From Bdellovibrio sp. qaytius (GTDB lineage: Bacteria > Bdellovibrionota > Bdellovibrionia > Bdellovibrionales > Bdellovibrionaceae), in the NCBI GenBank assembly GCA_004011035.1, contig CP025734.1, forward strand, positions 637,106-701,105: a stretch of DNA of 64,000 bases, given 5' to 3'. The notes beneath the pieces were generated by a model. The model was given only the letters and a program-made list of their open reading frames with translations. It was not told the DNA's origin and ran no database searches. Made by a program: the position numbers and the translations under genes. Positions 63,726 through 64,000 of the stretch are shown here, in pieces. The first letter of the stretch is position 1; each line of letters begins with the position of its first letter.

Positions 63726-64000
63726 AATTATTAGTTTTACTTTTAGCTATTCCATTTTTTGTCCCGACATTTGCTTTTGCTGATTTAGCGACAGACCTCT
63801 TAAAAGCTTCTGACCGCGCTCGCGGCAGTGTTAAAGACGGTGTTCAATGGAGTGCAGTGATTGAAACTGAAGAAAACGGCGAAAGCAGCACACGTGAATT
63901 TAATATTAAAGCTAAAGGTGATGATGCTTATGTTGAAGCGACAAAGCCGGCAAAAAACAAAAGTGAGATTTATATTTTTAATGACCGCAATATGTGGTTT
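63722..64000 (+). CDS. outer-membrane lipoprotein-sorting (LolA-like) protein, 3'-truncated
   Basis: Frame read by hand: MKLLVLLLAIPFFVPTFAFA-DLATDLLKASDRARG...EATKPAKNKSEIYIFNDRNMWF; signal peptide and ATGA overlap with the permease. Confidence 0.7.
   Translation, partial: MKLLVLLLAIPFFVPTFAFADLATDLLKASDRARGSVKDGVQWSAVIETEENGESSTREFNIKAKGDDAYVEATKPAKNKSEIYIFNDRNMWF

Overview
This is an AT-rich core-genome window from a Bdellovibrionaceae-type predatory bacterium. The basis is the 16S sequence with its short Bdellovibrio-like helix near 26805-26845, the triple lepB, the pilD-pilMNOPQ block and a TIGR02147-type gene. From left to right it contains: (1) the end of the dcw cluster (murG-murC-murB) and hpf; (2) a tightly packed ~19.5 kb same-strand run of metK, lepA, three lepB, pyrB, carA, a hypothetical, carB, a PhnD-like binding protein, an ABC pair, pilD and pilMNOPQ; (3) tRNA-Ala, a complete rrn operon (16S, tRNA-Ile, 23S, 5S) and tRNA-Pro; (4) assorted accessory genes; (5) a displaced ribosomal protein mini-cluster (rpsR, rpmB, rplX); (6) ETF-QO, a THUMP methyltransferase, sseA, lpxD, infA and tex. 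The most interesting region is 55.4-64 kb, an apparently uncharacterised lipid biosynthetic cluster. It encodes a DarB/StlD-type KAS III fused to a heme-oxygenase-like diiron domain, a translationally coupled unknown protein, two His-box desaturase/hydroxylases, a secreted phospholipase D and a LolCDE/LolA-like export module that runs off the window. Signals missed by the ORF track include a 36-aa extremely basic ORF after tex, a 20-bp palindromic element present three times in intergenic DNA, four sigma28-like promoters with identical spacing, and a Ser-to-Thr change at the nucleophile of the third LepB. All calls come from motif reading by eye; no searches were run.
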